From the human T2T-CHM13v2.0 reference genome, Homo sapiens: a stretch of 64,000 nucleotides of DNA. Position 1 is the stretch's first letter; every line of letters begins with the position of its first letter. The position numbers were made by a program, and so were the translations under genes. Below the pieces are notes generated by a model. It saw only the letters and a list, made by a program, of their open reading frames with translations. It was not told the origin of the DNA and ran no database searches. The stretch spans positions 5,216,001-5,280,000 of the forward strand of contig CP086569.2 in NCBI GenBank assembly GCA_009914755.4, in the 5' to 3' direction. Of the stretch, positions 61,438 through 64,000 are shown in pieces.

Positions 61438-61623
61438 CTAGATCGAATGGTACATCTACTTTTAGTTCTTTAAGACATCTCCATACTGTTTCTCAAAGGG
61501 GTTGTACTAATTTAGATTCCCTTCAGCAGTGTAAAAGTGTTCCCTTTTCACCACATCCATGCCAACATCTATTAATTTATTATTTTTTCATTATGGCCAT
61601 GTTTGCCAGAATAAGGTGGTATC
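61438..61623 (-). mobile_element. L1 ORF2 fragment (about aa 1112-1192), in inverted (antisense) orientation. It is block A' of the rearranged L1.
   Basis: The reverse complement translates to ...[56 protein letters not shown] (consensus ...VRMAIIKKSGNNRCWRGCGEIGTLLHCWWDCKLVQPLWKSVWRFLRDLELEIPFDPA). That is exactly the segment that precedes block B in an intact L1. Confidence 0.88.
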
Positions 61624-61636
61624 ATATATATATATG

Positions 61637-61962
61637 TACATACCATGGAACACTACTCAGGCATAAAAAGGAACAAAATAATGGCATTTGCAGCAGCCTG
61701 GATGGAATTGGAGACCATTATTCTAAGTGAAGTAACTCAGCAATTGAAAATCAAACCTCATATGTTCTCACTCATAAGTGGCAGCTAAGCTATGAGGACG
61801 CAAAGACATAAGAATGATACAATGGACTTTGGGGACTTGGGGGAAAGGGTAGGAGAGGGGTGAGAAATAAAAGACTACATATTGAGTACAGCATACACTG
61901 CTTGGGTGATAGGTGCACCAAAATCTCAGAAATCACCACTAAAGAACTTATTCATGTAAAAA
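61637..61962 (+). mobile_element. L1 3' terminus (ORF2 from about aa 1222 to the stop, plus the 3'UTR), sense. It is block C of the rearranged L1.
   Basis: ...[49 protein letters not shown] then gggaaagggtaggagaggggtgagaaataaaagactacatattgagtacagcatacactgcttgggtgataggtgcaccaaaatctcagaaatcaccactaaagaacttattcatgtaaaaaa, the canonical L1PA-type 3' end. Confidence 0.9.
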
Positions 61963-64000
61963 ATTTTTTTTAATGTGATTGCTGTATAAAATGAGGAGGA
62001 AACATAAAAAAGGATGAGTATAAATTAAGACTTTAGATGAATATTCTTAAATTGTATTAAAACTGATTTCTATCAAAGACCAATATAAATTTTTGAAATT
62101 GTTTCTTTAAAAATTAATTATACATATTCATTTTCATACATTTATTAATACATATTTGTTTGTATTTACATATAAAATGAGGTCTGAGATTTTTCAGACA
62201 ATAAGATTTCATAGTTATTTCAATAATTACTATTGTAGCAAAAATTATAAATATAGGCAATCATATTTGGAGCAATCTTTCATTGTTTATATGGCTCAAA
62301 TTTTTAAGTATATTTAAATTCAAGTTTTTAAGTATATTTAAAAAGATGTCTAACATAAATATATAATACTGTATTTACCCCAGAAACATTAGTAATTAAT
62401 GATAAGAATAATGACGTAGGAAAATATCAGGAAGGCTTCATCTATTTTGTAAAAATGTTCACATGTTTTTACACATCATAAGAAGCACATTTACAATGAA
62501 GAATAATTTGGCCTTTATAATAATGTAACAAGATGACATAATTGCTCATCACAATTAGAAGCTATCTTTAAGGTCTGAAAGGACAAGCAATCTATCTGAG
62601 TCGATGTATTATTTTGAGTAATCAATGAAATTTCAGTTACTTGTGATAATAAAGATAATATTATTTTTCTTTAAGATATAGCCTTGCATAATAATAGAAA
62701 GATTGATGAAATGGCCAGTTATGTTAAACTTAGAAGAAACATTTCTTCTAGAAAAGAACATCTTGTAGTTCTCGAAACTCATTTTTTTCTGTCAACACAG
62801 CAAAAATTGAAAATATGTAAAAAGTGTTACTAAATGTAGAGCTGAAAATGTAGAGCTGAAAGCCTCTTCAGCCTGCCTATTGAATTAGCAAATACAAAAC
62901 TGAGTACTTTGATTGATATCACCCTGCCAAAGATTCAGCCAAGAGAATTTGGGTAGCTTTATTAAAGCTGGGTTGGACGGTGAGTCTGAGCATTAATTTT
63001 TTATGTAGTAGAACACAGGGTCAAAGCTTGCCTTCTGGGACTGCCTTTCCTTGTACTATAATAGATTATCAGATTGAAAAATACTATCAGAATACAGAAC
63101 AGAGTATAGAGATTAAGTGCTAGCTATTTATACATCAAGAAACATGAATTATTTTGATGGCTGTTGTTATTATGTAACATAACAGTAACTCCCCCAAATA
63201 CCCAAACAATAAGAAAATGTAAATTATCTATTTTAACTGTTAACTGGACGGTGGAGGTGAGTGAGATTCACTGATTGAATGGTACAAAAGGCATTATATT
63301 TAACATAGAAAGTTGTACATTTTTTACAATCTTATTTATGAACACTTGCATTATGGTTGAAAATGAAGGCTTTCATGAAAATAAGCCTATATAAATATAT
63401 AAAATAATATGCAGGACACATGTGACCCTTATTTATTCCCCATTAGTTTTTTATAGTTTGAACGTCTAATAGTTTCGATTTTTTCATCTGAAAATGTGCA
63501 ATAGTAATGTGTTAGAACAAACATTTGTGAAACACTTATATCACAAATGCTCAATATATATTGGTTTCTCATTGCAATAAATGACTGCAAAGTCATTAAA
63601 AGTAAAAATCATTGACATAAATGCAAAGATGTGAAAAAGTAAATTGACTCTCACAAGTCACAATTTAAAATATCTATACACTTCTATTTTTAAATTTCTT
63701 TTTAGAATAAAATGTACTAACTCTATCCATTATGCTCCAACTACAATTGCATCATAATTAATAATTGATGTATTTTCTCGCTGTATCCATTCCATATATT
63801 TCCAGGAGAGCTATTTTGCTTGCCAAATATTGATATAAGCAAATAAACTTACCAAATATTTCTGATTTTTTATTATCACTCACCCAATCAAGGTACAATT
63901 TGAGAACAACATTTTTAGCATATATTAAGCAGAGGTAAGATCATCATCTTGTCAAAGAAGGATTTTAGTATATCTTTTTAGAGATAATGTATTGCACTTT

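Noticed and set aside
61236-61730. 164-aa ORF plus several 60-85-aa ORFs rich in Y/I/V/C
   Set aside because: Translation of the (TG)n/(TATATG)n compound microsatellite followed by antisense L1 sequence. It is periodic low-complexity text with no protein meaning.

Overview
This window is primate, almost certainly human, nuclear DNA from a gene-poor, AT-rich region. It is a nested mosaic of retrotransposons with no prokaryotic-style operon and no convincing intact protein-coding gene. Human origin is supported by several Alu elements, including a very young AluYb8. Roughly half of the window could be assigned by eye to known repeat families. These are LINE-1 fragments in both orientations, two full-length THE1-class MaLR elements (LTR-internal-LTR), three solo MaLR LTRs and one LTR fragment, six Alu copies or fragments, and several microsatellites. 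The most gene-like object is a KRT18 (keratin 18) processed pseudogene at 37096-38506 on the plus strand. It has a poly(A) tail, an AATAAA signal and 16-bp target-site duplications, is inserted into the ORF2 of an older plus-strand L1, and carries at least four disabling lesions. The long ORFs in the supplied track are all explained by L1 ORF1/ORF2 remnants, the KRT18 retrocopy, antisense or wrong-frame reads of LTR, L1 or GC-rich L1 5'UTR sequence, or translation of simple repeats. The more interesting structures are listed as findings: the KRT18 retrocopy nested in L1; an AluYb8 with perfect 19-bp TSDs and an uninterrupted ~25-nt poly(A), a candidate insertion polymorphism; two same-orientation THE1 elements 3.7 kb apart; a four-level nest at 46.8-59.3 kb in which L1-Y is split by a near full-length L1-X, with a MaLR solo LTR inside each L1; and a rearranged L1 3' end at 61.1-62.0 kb whose inverted piece is bounded by simple repeats (a compound TG/TA microsatellite and a short (TA)n run). 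Repeat boundaries were read by eye and are approximate to about 10-30 bp. Subfamily names are best guesses.
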